A stretch of DNA of 64,000 bases from a virus. Under the pieces are notes generated by a model. The model made no database searches. It worked only from the letters and a program-made list of their open reading frames with translations, and was not told the DNA's origin. Shown here in pieces: positions 11,103 through 22,529 of this stretch. The translations under genes were made by a program, and so were the position numbers. The stretch's first letter is position 1. Each line of letters opens with the position of its first letter. The stretch is taken from positions 59,704 through 123,703 of IMG/VR virus record IMGVR_UViG_3300047157_000073. The stretch is one strand, 5' to 3'.

Positions 11103-12480
11103 AGAGATTTATAGATTTACAAGAAGCAACAGGAACAGTATCATTTACTTTTGGTAGATTTAATCCACCAACGACTGGTCATGAAAAACTATGTGATGCT
11201 GTAAAGAAAGCAAATCCTAGTGATTATAAAATCTTTGCTTCTCAATCACAGAATCCTAAGAAAGACCCATTACAATATGCAAAGAAAATTGCATATATGA
11301 AAAAGTCATTTCCTAAACATAAAAGAAATATTGTAGTATCAAAGTCTAGAAACATTTTTGAAATACTAGTAGAACTAAACAGTTATGAAAATCTTATTAT
11401 GGTTGTAGGTTCTGATAGAGTGGCAGAATTTAAAAAAATAATTGACACATATAATGGTGTTAAAGCAAGACATGGATTCTATGAATATAAAACAGTAAAA
11501 GTATTAAGTGCTGGAGAAAGGGACCCAGATGCTGAAGGTGTAGAGGAATGTCTGCATCTAAAATGAGAGCAGCTGCAGTCGATAGTGATTTTGATTCTTT
11601 TAAATTAGGAACACCATTAAACGATACACAGGCTAAAAAATTATATTTTGATGTTCGTAAGTCTATGGGTATCAGAGAAGAATTAAATTTATCTGATTTA
11701 GAAACACTAAGAGAATTATATCTTTCAGAGCAAATTTGGAATGTTGGTGATTTAATAGAGTAAAAGGTAAAAATGATAATACATATCCAACATGGGAAAT
11801 TATTCGTAGAGGTACAAACTATGTAACTATTATAGATGAGAATTACAAATCTCATAAAGTATGGTTACATGATATAGACATTACAGAAGTTAAACAAGAT
11901 AAAGAAATTAAAGATAGAGATGGCACTCAACCTGCTAAGTATTATGGAAGTAAGATTGCAAAATCTACAAAAACTAAAAGAGCAGCTCAGTTTAAGAAAC
12001 AGACTAAAATGGATGATGATGACCCAGATGCTTACAAACCAGCACCAGGCGATGCAACAGGAAAAACTAAACCATCTAAACATACTAAAAAGTTTAAACA
12101 GATGTTTGGTGAAGATGGTCCATGTTGGGATTCACATAAACAAGTAGGTACTAAAATGAAAAAATGGTAAGAGAGTACCTAACTGTGTTCCAAAAGAAGA
12201 CAATGCTAGAATTCCTAGAAAGAAAGGACAACCAGCAGGAAGTGATAAACATTCAGACTTGTATACAGATGAGAACCCAGAGGGTACAATTCAAGGACTA
12301 GGATTTAAAGATGTAGAAACTGCAAAGTCAAGTGTTGCAAAGATTGAAAGGTCTGATAGAACACATGCACATAAAATACAAGCTGCAGTTGCAATGGAAC
12401 AGAGAGCAAAAGAAATGGGTAAGAACTGCTGAAGCTGCAATCTATCGTACATACATTGAGAAGATGAAAAAGAAAACTAA
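11099..12480 (+). CDS. Cytidyltransferase-like (HxGH nucleotidyltransferase) modular protein, several frameshifts
   Basis: FGRFNPPTTGHEKL, MVVGSDR, SAGERDPD, MSASKMR, then short modules (PAPGD..KPSKHT, PCW...VPNCVP). Confidence 0.8.
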
Positions 12481-12484
12481 AAGA

Positions 12485-13255
12485 ATGAGAGAGTTTACAG
12501 AGTTTATGTATGAGAAGGCACCTGATACAGCAGATGCAATGAAAAGATATAAAGCAGGAAAGGCTGGATTTACAGATATCGCACATCTCAAAGCAAAAGG
12601 ATTAATTAAGAGGGCCGATGGTACAAAAAGAAAATCTGAAATGAAAGAGGAGTTTCAATTCTATCCAAAAGATTTAGAAGACTATATTCAAATACCAGAC
12701 TTTCCTAAAGATGATATGCAAAGAGAAATGTCAATTATTAGAAAAGCAATAAACACAAGAACTGATAAAGATGTAGAGAGTGTTGCAAACAATGATGAAG
12801 ATTCTTTCTACTCAATCAAAAAGTATCTGAAAAAAATGAAAGTAGAATTTCATGAGAACGAGTTAAGAGATATTGTACAACAAGCAGTTCCTACAATTAG
12901 ATATTTTAAAAACAAGTTTAATCGTAAAAGACCTTTTGAGATAGATGGTAATCTAGATGTATTAGGAAGTAAGACAAATAAAACTAGGTCATATCCTAGT
13001 GGACATTCTACACAGGCAATGATTGTTGCTTTATATGTGGCAAGAAAGTTTCCAAAACATAGAGATGGTCTTATGGAGGCTGCAAAAGAAGTTGGAATGG
13101 GTAGAGTAAAAGCTGGATTCCATTTTATATCTGACCATGTTGCTGGCCAGATGTTAGGAACAAAAATGTTTGAGATGATGAACAAAGCAGATTATGGAAA
13201 GTCTTTAAGAGAATATTATCTAATGGGAACACCTGAGTATGATGAAGTATCTTAA
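12485..13255 (+). CDS. PAP2-family phosphatase domain protein or module
   Basis: K..FNRKRP, SYPSGHS, R..AGFHFISD. Confidence 0.85.
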   Translation: MREFTEFMYEKAPDTADAMKRYKAGKAGFTDIAHLKAKGLIKRADGTKRKSEMKEEFQFYPKDLEDYIQIPDFPKDDMQREMSIIRKAINTRTDKDVESVANNDEDSFYSIKKYLKKMKVEFHENELRDIVQQAVPTIRYFKNKFNRKRPFEIDGNLDVLGSKTNKTRSYPSGHSTQAMIVALYVARKFPKHRDGLMEAAKEVGMGRVKAGFHFISDHVAGQMLGTKMFEMMNKADYGKSLREYYLMGTPEYDEVS

Positions 13256-13270
13256 GAAAGTTAACACCAG

Positions 13271-13594
13271 GTGAAAAGGCAGAAGAAAATACTAAATGAG
13301 TGGGGTGAAATAGATGAGGATGCTGAGTATCAAGGAAGAAAAGTCAAACTAAATAATCCAACAAAAGGTGATATCAAAAAATTTAAAGTATATGTGAGAA
13401 ATGATAAGGGTAATGTAATCAAAGTAGAGTTTGGTGACCCTAATATGGATATCAAAAGAGATAGCCCAGAAAGACTTAAAGCATTCAGAGCAAGACATAA
13501 TTGTGACCAAAAGAAAGATAAGACCACGGCAGGATATTGGTCTTGTAAGTTTTGGGAGAAAGGAAAAACTGTGACAGACTTAATGAAAGGATAA
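13271..13594 (+). CDS. Conserved phage module (DUF6321-like), probably C-terminus of the upstream protein
   Basis: AEYQGRKVKL...KVEFGD...FRARHNC...AGYWSC. Confidence 0.65.
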   Translation: MKRQKKILNEWGEIDEDAEYQGRKVKLNNPTKGDIKKFKVYVRNDKGNVIKVEFGDPNMDIKRDSPERLKAFRARHNCDQKKDKTTAGYWSCKFWEKGKTVTDLMKG

Positions 13595-13602
13595 ATACTA
13601 TA

Positions 13603-15685
13603 ATGGATACATTAAACGAAAAAATTGAAGGATTAGTCAAGAAAGCTGAGAAGTCTAAAATGCCATATGGTATACTCAAAAAAGTATATGATAGAGGTAT
13701 GGCTGCTTGGAAAACGGGGCATAGACCTGGTACAACCCCACAACAATGGGCCTTTGCAAGAGTGAATTCGTTTATTACAAAATCATCTGGTACATGGGGT
13801 AAGGCAGATGCAGATTTAGCAAAACAAGTTAGAGGTGAAGAAGTGGAAAAAAGAACAACTGCAAAAAGTATGTTAGGACAAGTTAAAGAAGCCAGATATG
13901 AAATGAATTTGACAAAGGTGATTTTGGACAAGATAGCAGACCGACCTTATTACTTGCAGATGAAATTCAAAGGTGAATTAGATAGTAAGAAGAATTAGAG
14001 CAAAAGTTAAATCAACTGGTAGTAAAAATATAGAATTTAATACAATATTCCTCAAAGAAAAATGTTAAAAATATTGAAAGATAAATTAGACCTAGACTGT
14101 TTTTAGAAAAGAAGATATATCAGAAAAACTACCTAAAGATGCTGACGCTGGTGACTATGTAAAAGATTTTAGAAAATCAGATGCTCCACAATTCAAAGGA
14201 AAGTCAGATAAGAAGAAACAGAAGATGGCAATCGCAGCATATCTAGATTCTAAAGAAGAAGTCAAAGAAGAAAAAAGACAACTGAAAGACCCAAAGAAAG
14301 AAACAATGGTTATGAAAGTAAAAGATGCTGGTAGTATACAGGTCATAGATAAAAAAGATTTAGAAAAATTTTTAAGAAAAGGTTACATACAAGTAGAAGA
14401 TAATATACAAGAAGAAAATTGCCCAGACTGTAATGAAGACCCATGTAAATGTAAACCATTACAAGAATCAGGTCATACAGATGTGGCATCTATGAAAACA
14501 CAAGTACAGATTGCTAAAGATGCATTAGAAAAAATGAATATAGAATTAGGAAAACTAAGTGATGAAGAAGACCTTCCAACTTGGTGGACAAACAAAGTTG
14601 CAACAGCAGTGGGTAAACTAGATGGGATGGCAGACTACATTGATGCAAAATCAGACCAGGGGCAAAAAATGAATGAAAGTAATTTAACAGAAGAAAAAGT
14701 ATTTGTAGTAAGATTTGAAAAGGAAGGCATGAGATTTGCTGTACCATTTAGTGATATGAAAAGGGCAAAGGATGGTGAGAAGATATTAAAAAAATCTGCT
14801 GGAGTTAGTAATGTTAGTGTAACAAAAGATATACTAAAGCCTGGTGTCAGTATGTCTAAATTCAGAACACAACAAGAGGGTAAAATAGTGAAAGAAAGTA
14901 AAATGGGTGAGTTATTCTTAGATATGCAAATGGATGCTCAAGAAATGAGTGAAAGAGATTTCATTAAAACATACTCTAAACAAGGATTCCAAGCAGCAGA
15001 ACTAAAAAGAATGCATAAAGAATTCAATGAGGAAGTAGTAAAAGAAGCTGTCGCACAAAATGATGCTTTTATTGTAACTGGTGGACCAGGTGATAATGCT
15101 CAAAAAGTTATTGCTGTATTTAAAGATAAAGGTAATGGATTAAAGGATGCGAAGAAAGCAAGAGATGATTATAATAAAAAGAATAAACCTACTAAAAAAT
15201 CACACTTCGCAAGAATATACAGACAGACTAGATTATCTCAAGCAGGTCAAAGATTAAAACCTGGTGAAAAAATAATGTATTCTACATTTGGTAACAAACA
15301 ACAATTCACTAAAGTAAAAGAAGACATACAAGTAGAAGAAGTAGATAACAGTCTAATGGCACAAGCAACTAGAGTGATATCTCATACATCTATCAAAGAA
15401 AAGATAGACCCTGCTGATGTAGATAATATAGCAACTGCTGATGATAGAAAGGCAGCAGATAAGAATATTATCATTCAATTAAGAAGAGCACAGGATATGC
15501 AAGGAAAGGCAGATGTTACTTTTAAGGATAAACCTAATAAAAAAGAGAAAATAGATATAAAAGTTATAAATAAAGCTTTAGATATGTTTGATAAAATGAG
15601 ACCAAACGATAAAGCAAAAATGCAAACAACAATAGGTAAGTCATACAGAGATTTACTCAAAACTGTACAAAGGGGGCGAATATGA
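13603..15685 (+). CDS. Modular hypothetical protein with N-terminal DUF5824-like domain (frameshifted fragments)
   Basis: ILKKVYDRGMAAW..GHRPG.TPQQWA.ARV; acidic modules separated by (L/V/I)xE sites. Confidence 0.6.
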
Positions 15686-16605
15686 AATACTTTGACACAA
15701 AAAAAGACAGTCTTGAAGAAGCAATCTCTAAGGCTATAAACGAAGACAATAAACCAAGTGCTAAAGAATTAGTAGATGAAGGTGGTAAGTATCTAAAGTA
15801 CTCTGATTTACTTCTACAAAAAGGTAGACTAATGGCAAAAAACCAAAGTACTGCTATGATTGATAAAGAGATTTCTAAAGAAATGAAAAAACTTGGAATC
15901 AAAGAAGCAACAGGTGATAAAGAAAAATATGAAAAATTCTTTAAAGCTGCACTTAAAAAGTTTGGTGCAGATAGTCCTGCTGACTTAGATGGTGAAAAGA
16001 AGAAAGAATTCTTTAATTATATAGATAAAAACTATAAAGGTGACCATGAAGAATCAGTTGACTTAGAAGAAGTTAATGCTAAAGTTATTATGGATAAAGA
16101 CACAGGTAATAGAGATTTACAAAAACTTCTAAAAAAACATAAATTAAAAATGAAAACACTTCAACCAAATGTAAACCCTGGTTATGATGAAGTTGAAATT
16201 TCTGGTGATAAAAGAGATATGGAAAAAATGATGAAAACCACTGGTGATGATGACATGTATAAGTTTAATCCAAGAACAAAAGAGTTTGAATTAGATGAAT
16301 CTAAAAAGTTAGAATCAAAAACTGCAAAAGATGTAGATGAAACTCTAGATAAAATCAGAGAAGCAAACATTCAGAAAGGAAAATCAATGAGAAGTATTCT
16401 TGCTGATATATGGAAAATGAATGAAGGTAAAAATCCTTTTGAAAAAGAAGAAGGTTTTTCTAGTGATGCACAAAGAAAAGCTGCATTTGCAAGTGGATAC
16501 AAAGAGAAAGGTAAGAAAGGTAAGAAAGAAGAAGATGAAAAATCTTCTAAAACTGCAACAGGACAGAAACCTACTAAAATTGAAATTGAACCTGAAGTAA
16601 AATGA
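15682..16605 (+). CDS. Charged hypothetical protein, candidate internal head protein
   Basis: 307 aa ORF; KKEFFNYIDKNY and SDAQRKAAFA modules. Confidence 0.6.
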   Translation: MKYFDTKKDSLEEAISKAINEDNKPSAKELVDEGGKYLKYSDLLLQKGRLMAKNQSTAMIDKEISKEMKKLGIKEATGDKEKYEKFFKAALKKFGADSPADLDGEKKKEFFNYIDKNYKGDHEESVDLEEVNAKVIMDKDTGNRDLQKLLKKHKLKMKTLQPNVNPGYDEVEISGDKRDMEKMMKTTGDDDMYKFNPRTKEFELDESKKLESKTAKDVDETLDKIREANIQKGKSMRSILADIWKMNEGKNPFEKEEGFSSDAQRKAAFASGYKEKGKKGKKEEDEKSSKTATGQKPTKIEIEPEVK

Positions 16606-17121
16606 ATGAAAGATATAAGAGAACTTTTGAAGGTAAACGAAGAAAGTTTACCTAGAATTTATTGTGATATGGACCAAGTTCTTGTTGCCTTTTTAGCTGG
16701 TACAAAAAAAATTACTGGTCAAGACTTTAGGAAAATGGATAGAGATTCTCGTTGGAAGGCTGTATCCAATACACCAAAGTTTTGGGAAAACTTAGAATTC
16801 ATGCCAGGTGCAAGAAGATTACTTCAAAGGATTCAAAAGTATGACCCCTACATATTGTCTGCTTTTACAGACAGAGATAGTAGTTCAAAGGCTGGTAAGT
16901 TTAAGTGGGTTCAGAAGAATACTAAGATTCCAAAGTCACGAACATTAGTCGTAAAAAGGGCCCAGAAACAGGCTTACGCCACTCATAATGGACAAGCTTC
17001 AGTTTTGATAGATGATTATATCAAAAATATCAAGGAGTGGGAAAATAAGGGTGGTATAGGAATACATCATACAGATGTGAGTAAAACATTAAATGAACTC
17101 TCAAAATTAGGGTTCAAATAA
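16606..17121 (+). CDS. HAD-family 5'(3')-nucleotidase
   Basis: IYCDMDQVL, ILSA, LIDD...NI.EW...GG.GI. Confidence 0.85.
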   Translation: MKDIRELLKVNEESLPRIYCDMDQVLVAFLAGTKKITGQDFRKMDRDSRWKAVSNTPKFWENLEFMPGARRLLQRIQKYDPYILSAFTDRDSSSKAGKFKWVQKNTKIPKSRTLVVKRAQKQAYATHNGQASVLIDDYIKNIKEWENKGGIGIHHTDVSKTLNELSKLGFK

Positions 17122-17122
17122 T

Positions 17123-17130
17123 TATAAATA
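17123..17130 (+). promoter_or_regulatory. T4-type late promoter; other copies at 18725, 23513, 29884, 42950, 48374, 49389, 53219, 58613, 62861 (+) and 53245 (-)
   Basis: TATAAATA, mostly intergenic upstream of genes; gp33 is present. Confidence 0.85.
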
Positions 17131-17176
17131 GTATCAAAGTTTTTGAATTAGTTTATTTTAAAAAAGGAGAACGAAT

Positions 17177-18685
17177 ATGAGTGCTTGGAATATGAATGAT
17201 GGTAGTGCTTTAACTGGCACCCATACATTTACAAATGGTAGTGCAGTTGTCAATGGCAATGCATCTGCCGTGTATAAATCAGAAGTAAAAATCGGAGATG
17301 TTGTCACATCTGCTGCTGGAGAGAGTTTAAGAGTTAAAAACTTAGCACCAGCTAGAACAGTTGCAACCTCTGGTGTCAATGCTAGTACAAATGTAATTAC
17401 ATTTACCGCACATGGTTATGTGGACACACAAGAAGTTACATATAATGCTGGTGGGGGAACTGTCATGGCTGGATTGGCTGATGGCACAACATACTTTATC
17501 AGAGATAAAGCAGATGATACTTTTAAACTTGCTGCTACCTCTGGTGGTACTGCAATAGATATCACTGGTACAGGAAATAATGCACAGAATTTTGTTGGTG
17601 AAACTAACACAGGTATGACAATGACATCTAATATGTCAGGTAGTACTGAATCTGGTGCTGCTGCAAATGTTTCAAGACCACCTGTAGATTTTGCAGCTGG
17701 TGACCCACAAATTAACTCTAATATTTTAGGTATTACAAATGCTGAATCTGTTGCTGGTGTTGATAACATTACTAACATCGCAGTAAATGTTGCTGGTGCA
17801 AGATATGTTCAGGCACCAACTGTAACTGTTGCTGCTCCAACTGCAAGAACTATTGCAACTGCAAAAGTTTCTACATCAGATAATACAATTACTGTAGATG
17901 CTGGACACAATATGAGAACTGGTACTAAGTTAACTTATACCTCTGGTGGAACAAATATGCAAATTGCAAGTTCTGATATTGATGATGATGATGCTGTATT
18001 TGTAATCAATACTGGTTCTAGTACTGTATTCAAGATTGCAACATCACTTTCAAATGCACAAGCTGGTACAGCTGCTAATATTAGTGGAGCTGGTAATAAC
18101 TCACAAACTTTTGTGGGTGATACTGCTACAGGAACTGCATCTATATCTGGTGGTGTCGTAACAGGCATTGCAGTAACAGCTGTTGGTTCTGATTATCAAG
18201 CAGTTCCTGCTGTTACAGTTGAAGTACCAAAGATGACTATTCCTACAAGTGCAGTTAATGCTAGTACGAATGTTATTACTTTTGCTGGACATGGATTATC
18301 TGATACTGACCAAATTACATACAACCAAGTTGGTGGTGGTACTTTAATGACTAATGTTGCAGATGATGCAACTGTTTTCGCAAGAGATGTGACTACTAAT
18401 ACATTTAAGATTGCTGCTACTTCAGGTGGTACTGCAATTAATATAGGTACAGGACACAGTGCTCAAACTTTCACAATCGTAACTGATGCTGTACAGTCAA
18501 CTGCTGTTGCAACTCAAGGTCTTGGTGATGATGGTGATACTAACCAAAGAGAAATCGCACATGTCGGTTGGGTTAAGAAAACTGTAGGTTCTGGTGGTCG
18601 TGCTGGTAGAGTTCATTATGAAACTCTAGTTGCCGCATCAAGTATGTCTGGTGACGCAGAAGATATCGCAACACCTGATAGTTAA
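17177..18685 (+). CDS. Virion structural/fibre protein with three internal beta-rich repeats
   Basis: Thr/Ala/Gly-rich; repeats VNASTNVITF..HG...TY...GG...FK.A.TSGGTAI; late promoter. Confidence 0.75.
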   Translation: MSAWNMNDGSALTGTHTFTNGSAVVNGNASAVYKSEVKIGDVVTSAAGESLRVKNLAPARTVATSGVNASTNVITFTAHGYVDTQEVTYNAGGGTVMAGLADGTTYFIRDKADDTFKLAATSGGTAIDITGTGNNAQNFVGETNTGMTMTSNMSGSTESGAAANVSRPPVDFAAGDPQINSNILGITNAESVAGVDNITNIAVNVAGARYVQAPTVTVAAPTARTIATAKVSTSDNTITVDAGHNMRTGTKLTYTSGGTNMQIASSDIDDDDAVFVINTGSSTVFKIATSLSNAQAGTAANISGAGNNSQTFVGDTATGTASISGGVVTGIAVTAVGSDYQAVPAVTVEVPKMTIPTSAVNASTNVITFAGHGLSDTDQITYNQVGGGTLMTNVADDATVFARDVTTNTFKIAATSGGTAINIGTGHSAQTFTIVTDAVQSTAVATQGLGDDGDTNQREIAHVGWVKKTVGSGGRAGRVHYETLVAASSMSGDAEDIATPDS

Positions 18686-18694
18686 GATATTATC

Positions 18695-18715
18695 GAGGGA
18701 ACTTAGGTTCCCTCA
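18695..18715 (+). terminator. Hairpin, probable terminator
   Basis: GAGGGAAC-TTAG-GTTCCCTC after the stop codon. Confidence 0.65.
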
Positions 18716-18753
18716 AATATTTTGTATAAATAGTTTAAATATTGGAGTATATT

Positions 18754-18972
18754 ATGGCAGAAATTGACAAAGATAATTTAGAAGAAAAGATTAAAGTTTT
18801 AGATGAAGACATACAAAAGGTTAGTGACCGATTAGTCGAACTAGAACGAGAAAAAGTTAATACATTGGCGACAATGAATGCACTACAAGGTGCCAAGTCA
18901 CAATGTGTTACTTTAATAAAAGAATTACATAATGATGAAGACCAGTCAAATGGTTCTGGTGATGATAGTTAA
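18754..18972 (+). CDS. Small coiled-coil hypothetical protein
   Basis: ORF with GGAG RBS and late promoter. Confidence 0.6.
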   Translation: MAEIDKDNLEEKIKVLDEDIQKVSDRLVELEREKVNTLATMNALQGAKSQCVTLIKELHNDEDQSNGSGDDS

Positions 18973-19061
18973 TACTATCAGTAACATTCCCCTAATATAA
19001 TTGGGGTTTATATAAACAGAGAAAGAATGAATAATTCTTACTCACAAACAGGAGAAGCCAA

Positions 19062-19544
19062 ATGGCAGATAAGAAAATAACAGCACTGACTGATTTATCA
19101 ACAGGTGTTGCTGGTGCTGATTTACTTCATGTTGTGGATGACCCTACAGGTACACCCATTAACAAGAAAGTTTCAGTAACAAACTTTATCAACAACCTAC
19201 CATCGTTTATCGGTTTTAGTAACTCAACAGAAGATATATCTTCTGCTACTCAAACTGCTATCTCTGTTGCAACAGCAATTACATTCCTTGAAACAACAGG
19301 TACAAATGCTGCTACAACACTCGCTGATGGTACAGTTGTAGGTCAAATCAAAATTATCGTTCACGATACAGCTGGAGGTACATCTGAGATGACACCTGCT
19401 GACCCACTAGGGTTTGTTGATATGGACTTTGTAACTGCTGGTGATACAGCTATGCTTATGTGGACAGGTACAAAATGGGTTGCTCTAGCATCTCATGCTG
19501 CAGCTGCTGACACTGGTGTAGTTGAGGTAACAGCAACTGACTAA
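19062..19544 (+). CDS. Virion structural protein
   Basis: MADKKITALTDL N-terminus; L.DGT..GQIKII. Confidence 0.7.
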   Translation: MADKKITALTDLSTGVAGADLLHVVDDPTGTPINKKVSVTNFINNLPSFIGFSNSTEDISSATQTAISVATAITFLETTGTNAATTLADGTVVGQIKIIVHDTAGGTSEMTPADPLGFVDMDFVTAGDTAMLMWTGTKWVALASHAAAADTGVVEVTATD

Positions 19545-19585
19545 TAATCAGTTAAGTTATCGCACTATAACAGTACGACACGGAT

Positions 19586-19614
19586 TTGGGGGGATGAACT
19601 TCCCCCCAAGTTTT
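19586..19614 (+). terminator. Rho-independent terminator
   Basis: TTGGGGGGA...TCCCCCCAA followed by GTTTT. Confidence 0.8.
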
Positions 19615-19632
19615 AATTAAAGGAAAAGAATT

Positions 19633-20088
19633 ATGAAAACATTTAAAAAGTACATAAAAGAAGCAAGTGGATTTCCAACAGGACCTGTTGGTGAAAATCC
19701 AAATAACTTGGCTGGAGAAGTTACCGATACACTAGGGTCTGATGTATTCAACCCACAGAATTTGAAAAGAATAAATGCTATCATAGGTGCTATTTCCAAC
19801 ATGGAATATCTTTTACCTGAACACGCAATTACAAGATTGAGAGGTTCATTAGATAAGATTCATTTAACATTCCCACAGGTACCTACAATGGAAGGTTCTA
19901 GTGGAGAGTTTGATTTACCACTTACACTATTTGGTGGAAGATATGGAAAGACTGGTTCAGAAGCACCAGATGAAATAACAAATGATGACGGAATTTCACA
20001 TATGGTTGAAGGTGGATTATCACTTAAACTAAGATATGAAATGATGCCTAATAACAGCTCTTGTAAAATATTCGCAAAGATTGAGTAA
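19633..20088 (+). CDS. Hypothetical protein with capsid-targeting-like N-terminus
   Basis: Starts MKTFKKYIKE. Confidence 0.65.
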   Translation: MKTFKKYIKEASGFPTGPVGENPNNLAGEVTDTLGSDVFNPQNLKRINAIIGAISNMEYLLPEHAITRLRGSLDKIHLTFPQVPTMEGSSGEFDLPLTLFGGRYGKTGSEAPDEITNDDGISHMVEGGLSLKLRYEMMPNNSSCKIFAKIE

Positions 20089-20090
20089 AA

Positions 20091-20453
20091 ATGTACGAAA
20101 AGATAACACCTCAAAATGTTGTCATGTATGCTATTAAAAACTACGACAATCCGCAATGTGAGGGTGAAAAAGAATTTGAAGATGATTTAAAACGATTCAA
20201 GTATATCAAAAGATTACTGAGGCGTTATTATGATACGGGTGTCTTAAAAGAAAGACTTCTACTTAATCATCTTATTGTTTTAAATAATGTGTTCAGTATG
20301 GAAGCTGCAACCACATTACTACTCTATAAAATTCAACCTAATTACTGGCCTGCATTAAAGTCATTTTTAATCTTCCTAAATAGTATATCAGACAATGATT
20401 TAACAGAAATAGAACATGATAATGATGTTCTAGAAACATTAGGAAAGATATAA
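20091..20453 (+). CDS. Conserved T4-like hypothetical protein
   Basis: Y.NPQC...EF..DLKRFKYIKRL...ERLLLNH block. Confidence 0.75.
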   Translation: MYEKITPQNVVMYAIKNYDNPQCEGEKEFEDDLKRFKYIKRLLRRYYDTGVLKERLLLNHLIVLNNVFSMEAATTLLLYKIQPNYWPALKSFLIFLNSISDNDLTEIEHDNDVLETLGKI

Positions 20454-21069
20454 TGGGTAGTGCCATAGATTTATTTGTATCATACAGATTTTTAAAGTTG
20501 TTAACAACACCTTTTGAAAAAACTGATGCCTTTAAATTAGGAATCATTGATAAGAAAGGTCATAGAATTATGAAAACAGGTGTCTGATGCAACCAGAAGT
20601 TGAATTATCAACATCTCAATTAAAAAATGCATATACAATACTACATAAGTTAGTATTCAATATTAAGAAACTATTCAACAAAGTACCAGGTCTAAGAACA
20701 AAGGTTGGTACATATGCAGCTGCATTATTCCTATTAAAAGATACATTTAAAGAACATGTTGAAAACCCAGACTTCTTTGAATCAGAATTAGTCAAGTATT
20801 TAAAAGAAAATAACATAGAATTTGATAATGAGATATCAGAGGAAGTAATAGGATTTGGAGAGATTTTACCCAAAGGTAACTATGTGCTAGTCAATGATAT
20901 CCTAAATAAAGAAGATGAAGCAATAACTGCTACAAAAGGAGATTTGGTCATGACTTTTGAAGACCAATCACCAGTGGATACAATATTAGGAATAGATATA
21001 TTTCCTGTAATACATATTGCATCTGGAGAAAAAATATTTGTATCACTAGAGGATATTAAAGATGAGTAA
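20453..21069 (+). CDS. Conserved T4-like hypothetical protein (frameshift near 20580)
   Basis: YRFLKLLTTPF..TDAFKLGIID..G then AYT.LHKLVFNIK. Confidence 0.7.
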
Positions 21070-22012
21070 ATGGAAAGAAATTAAATCATATATGGAAAGT
21101 AAATCTTTTCATGAAAGTAAATTTAATATCAATAAAAAACAAGCACAGATGATTCTTGACTTGAAAAAAGATGAACTCAAAAAAATGAGATTTCTTGCTA
21201 TGTTAGATATCGACAAAGATGAACTTAAACAATTAGCAAAGAAAGACCCTTCTATTGTAAGAGCAATAGGAAAACAAGGTGGAAGTTTCAGAACAGCAAT
21301 GGTAAGAAAAAGAGCAAATGAGGAATTAGATGTGAATGAAAGTAATACTAAAAAATACATAGAATTTTTAAAAAGAAAAGGTTTTGCTGATGTTGACAAA
21401 ATGGTTGGTCAAGCTAAAAGATTGAAATTGAAAGATAGAGAATTAACAGATTACATAGATAAAGAAATTAATAAAAAAAGAAATCCATTTGTACCAAACA
21501 TTCAAAAAAGATTTATGGCAGGTGAATTTAAAAAAGAAGATGCACCAACTAACTCAAATGCTGCTGGTGGAGTAGACATGAATCCAACAGGCCTATCTAT
21601 GAAGAAGAAAAGAGAATTAGATGCTAGAACAAAAGAGTATAGATTACACAGAAGAAAACTAGAAGCACAAAGAGAGAGAAGAAAACTCAAAGCACAAAAA
21701 AATATTTGTGGAAGTTTCAGAAAAAATGTAAAAGAAAATACTGATAACTTTGTTAGAGAAGAATTTATTCAAGAAGACAATGTGGCAATACTTAGAAAAA
21801 TTGTTAAGGACAAAAGGAATATGCCTATAAAACTTAAAGATGGTCAAATGAAAGTAGATTTATATACTGCCAGTGCCTTTGTTCAAACATTAGATAATAA
21901 AAGTATAAAATCAGCTACTAAAAAGAAATTAGAATTTTTAATTAACAAAGGTTCAAAATCACAATTTTTAAGAACTGTAGATGCTGTTTTTAGACAGTCA
22001 TCAAATGTTTAA
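21062..22012 (+). CDS. Modular hypothetical protein
   Basis: 316 aa; EDAPTNS and LKDGQMKVDLYTASA modules. Confidence 0.6.
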   Translation: MSKWKEIKSYMESKSFHESKFNINKKQAQMILDLKKDELKKMRFLAMLDIDKDELKQLAKKDPSIVRAIGKQGGSFRTAMVRKRANEELDVNESNTKKYIEFLKRKGFADVDKMVGQAKRLKLKDRELTDYIDKEINKKRNPFVPNIQKRFMAGEFKKEDAPTNSNAAGGVDMNPTGLSMKKKRELDARTKEYRLHRRKLEAQRERRKLKAQKNICGSFRKNVKENTDNFVREEFIQEDNVAILRKIVKDKRNMPIKLKDGQMKVDLYTASAFVQTLDNKSIKSATKKKLEFLINKGSKSQFLRTVDAVFRQSSNV

Positions 22013-22025
22013 ATAGGATTCAATC

Positions 22026-22526
22026 ATGAAAACTTACAGAATGTTCACAGAAGATTATGTAGATTCATATGCACTACACAGAACAACCACAGGACCTGGT
22101 TTGGATGGTTATGTGCCTACGGCAAACTTAAATGCATCTACAAAAGAATATGGAAAATCTTTAGAAAAAATTGCAAAAGATAGAGCATTAAAAGCACTTA
22201 GTAGAAAAGATAGAGAAACATTAATGAAGATTGCTAATATGTTAGATAAGGAAAGAAAAAACTTTTCTAGAAGAAAAGAAGAAGTTAAAATAACTGAATC
22301 ACCATTACAAATGAAACATGGTGATGCTATAGATTTAGTGCTTGATAAAATAAAAGATGTTATTAGAAAAGATTTAGAGAGAGGAAAGGTTGATTCACTA
22401 AACAAACTTGGTAAAATGGTAAAAGTAAAAGCAAGTGGTGTAGAGAATAAACCAGGTAGACATATAGTAACTCTCAATCAAGAATTTACTATGGAAGAGC
22501 GAGAAGATACAACAACAAAGGAGTAA
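22026..22526 (+). CDS. Hypothetical protein with capsid-targeting-like N-terminus
   Basis: Starts MKTYRMFTE. Confidence 0.6.
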   Translation: MKTYRMFTEDYVDSYALHRTTTGPGLDGYVPTANLNASTKEYGKSLEKIAKDRALKALSRKDRETLMKIANMLDKERKNFSRRKEEVKITESPLQMKHGDAIDLVLDKIKDVIRKDLERGKVDSLNKLGKMVKVKASGVENKPGRHIVTLNQEFTMEEREDTTTKE

Positions 22527-22529
22527 ACT

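Noticed and set aside
17177-18685. Internal repeats as a diversity-generating retroelement template/variable pair
   Set aside because: Differences are mostly synonymous and not adenine-specific, both copies are coding, and no reverse transcriptase is present.
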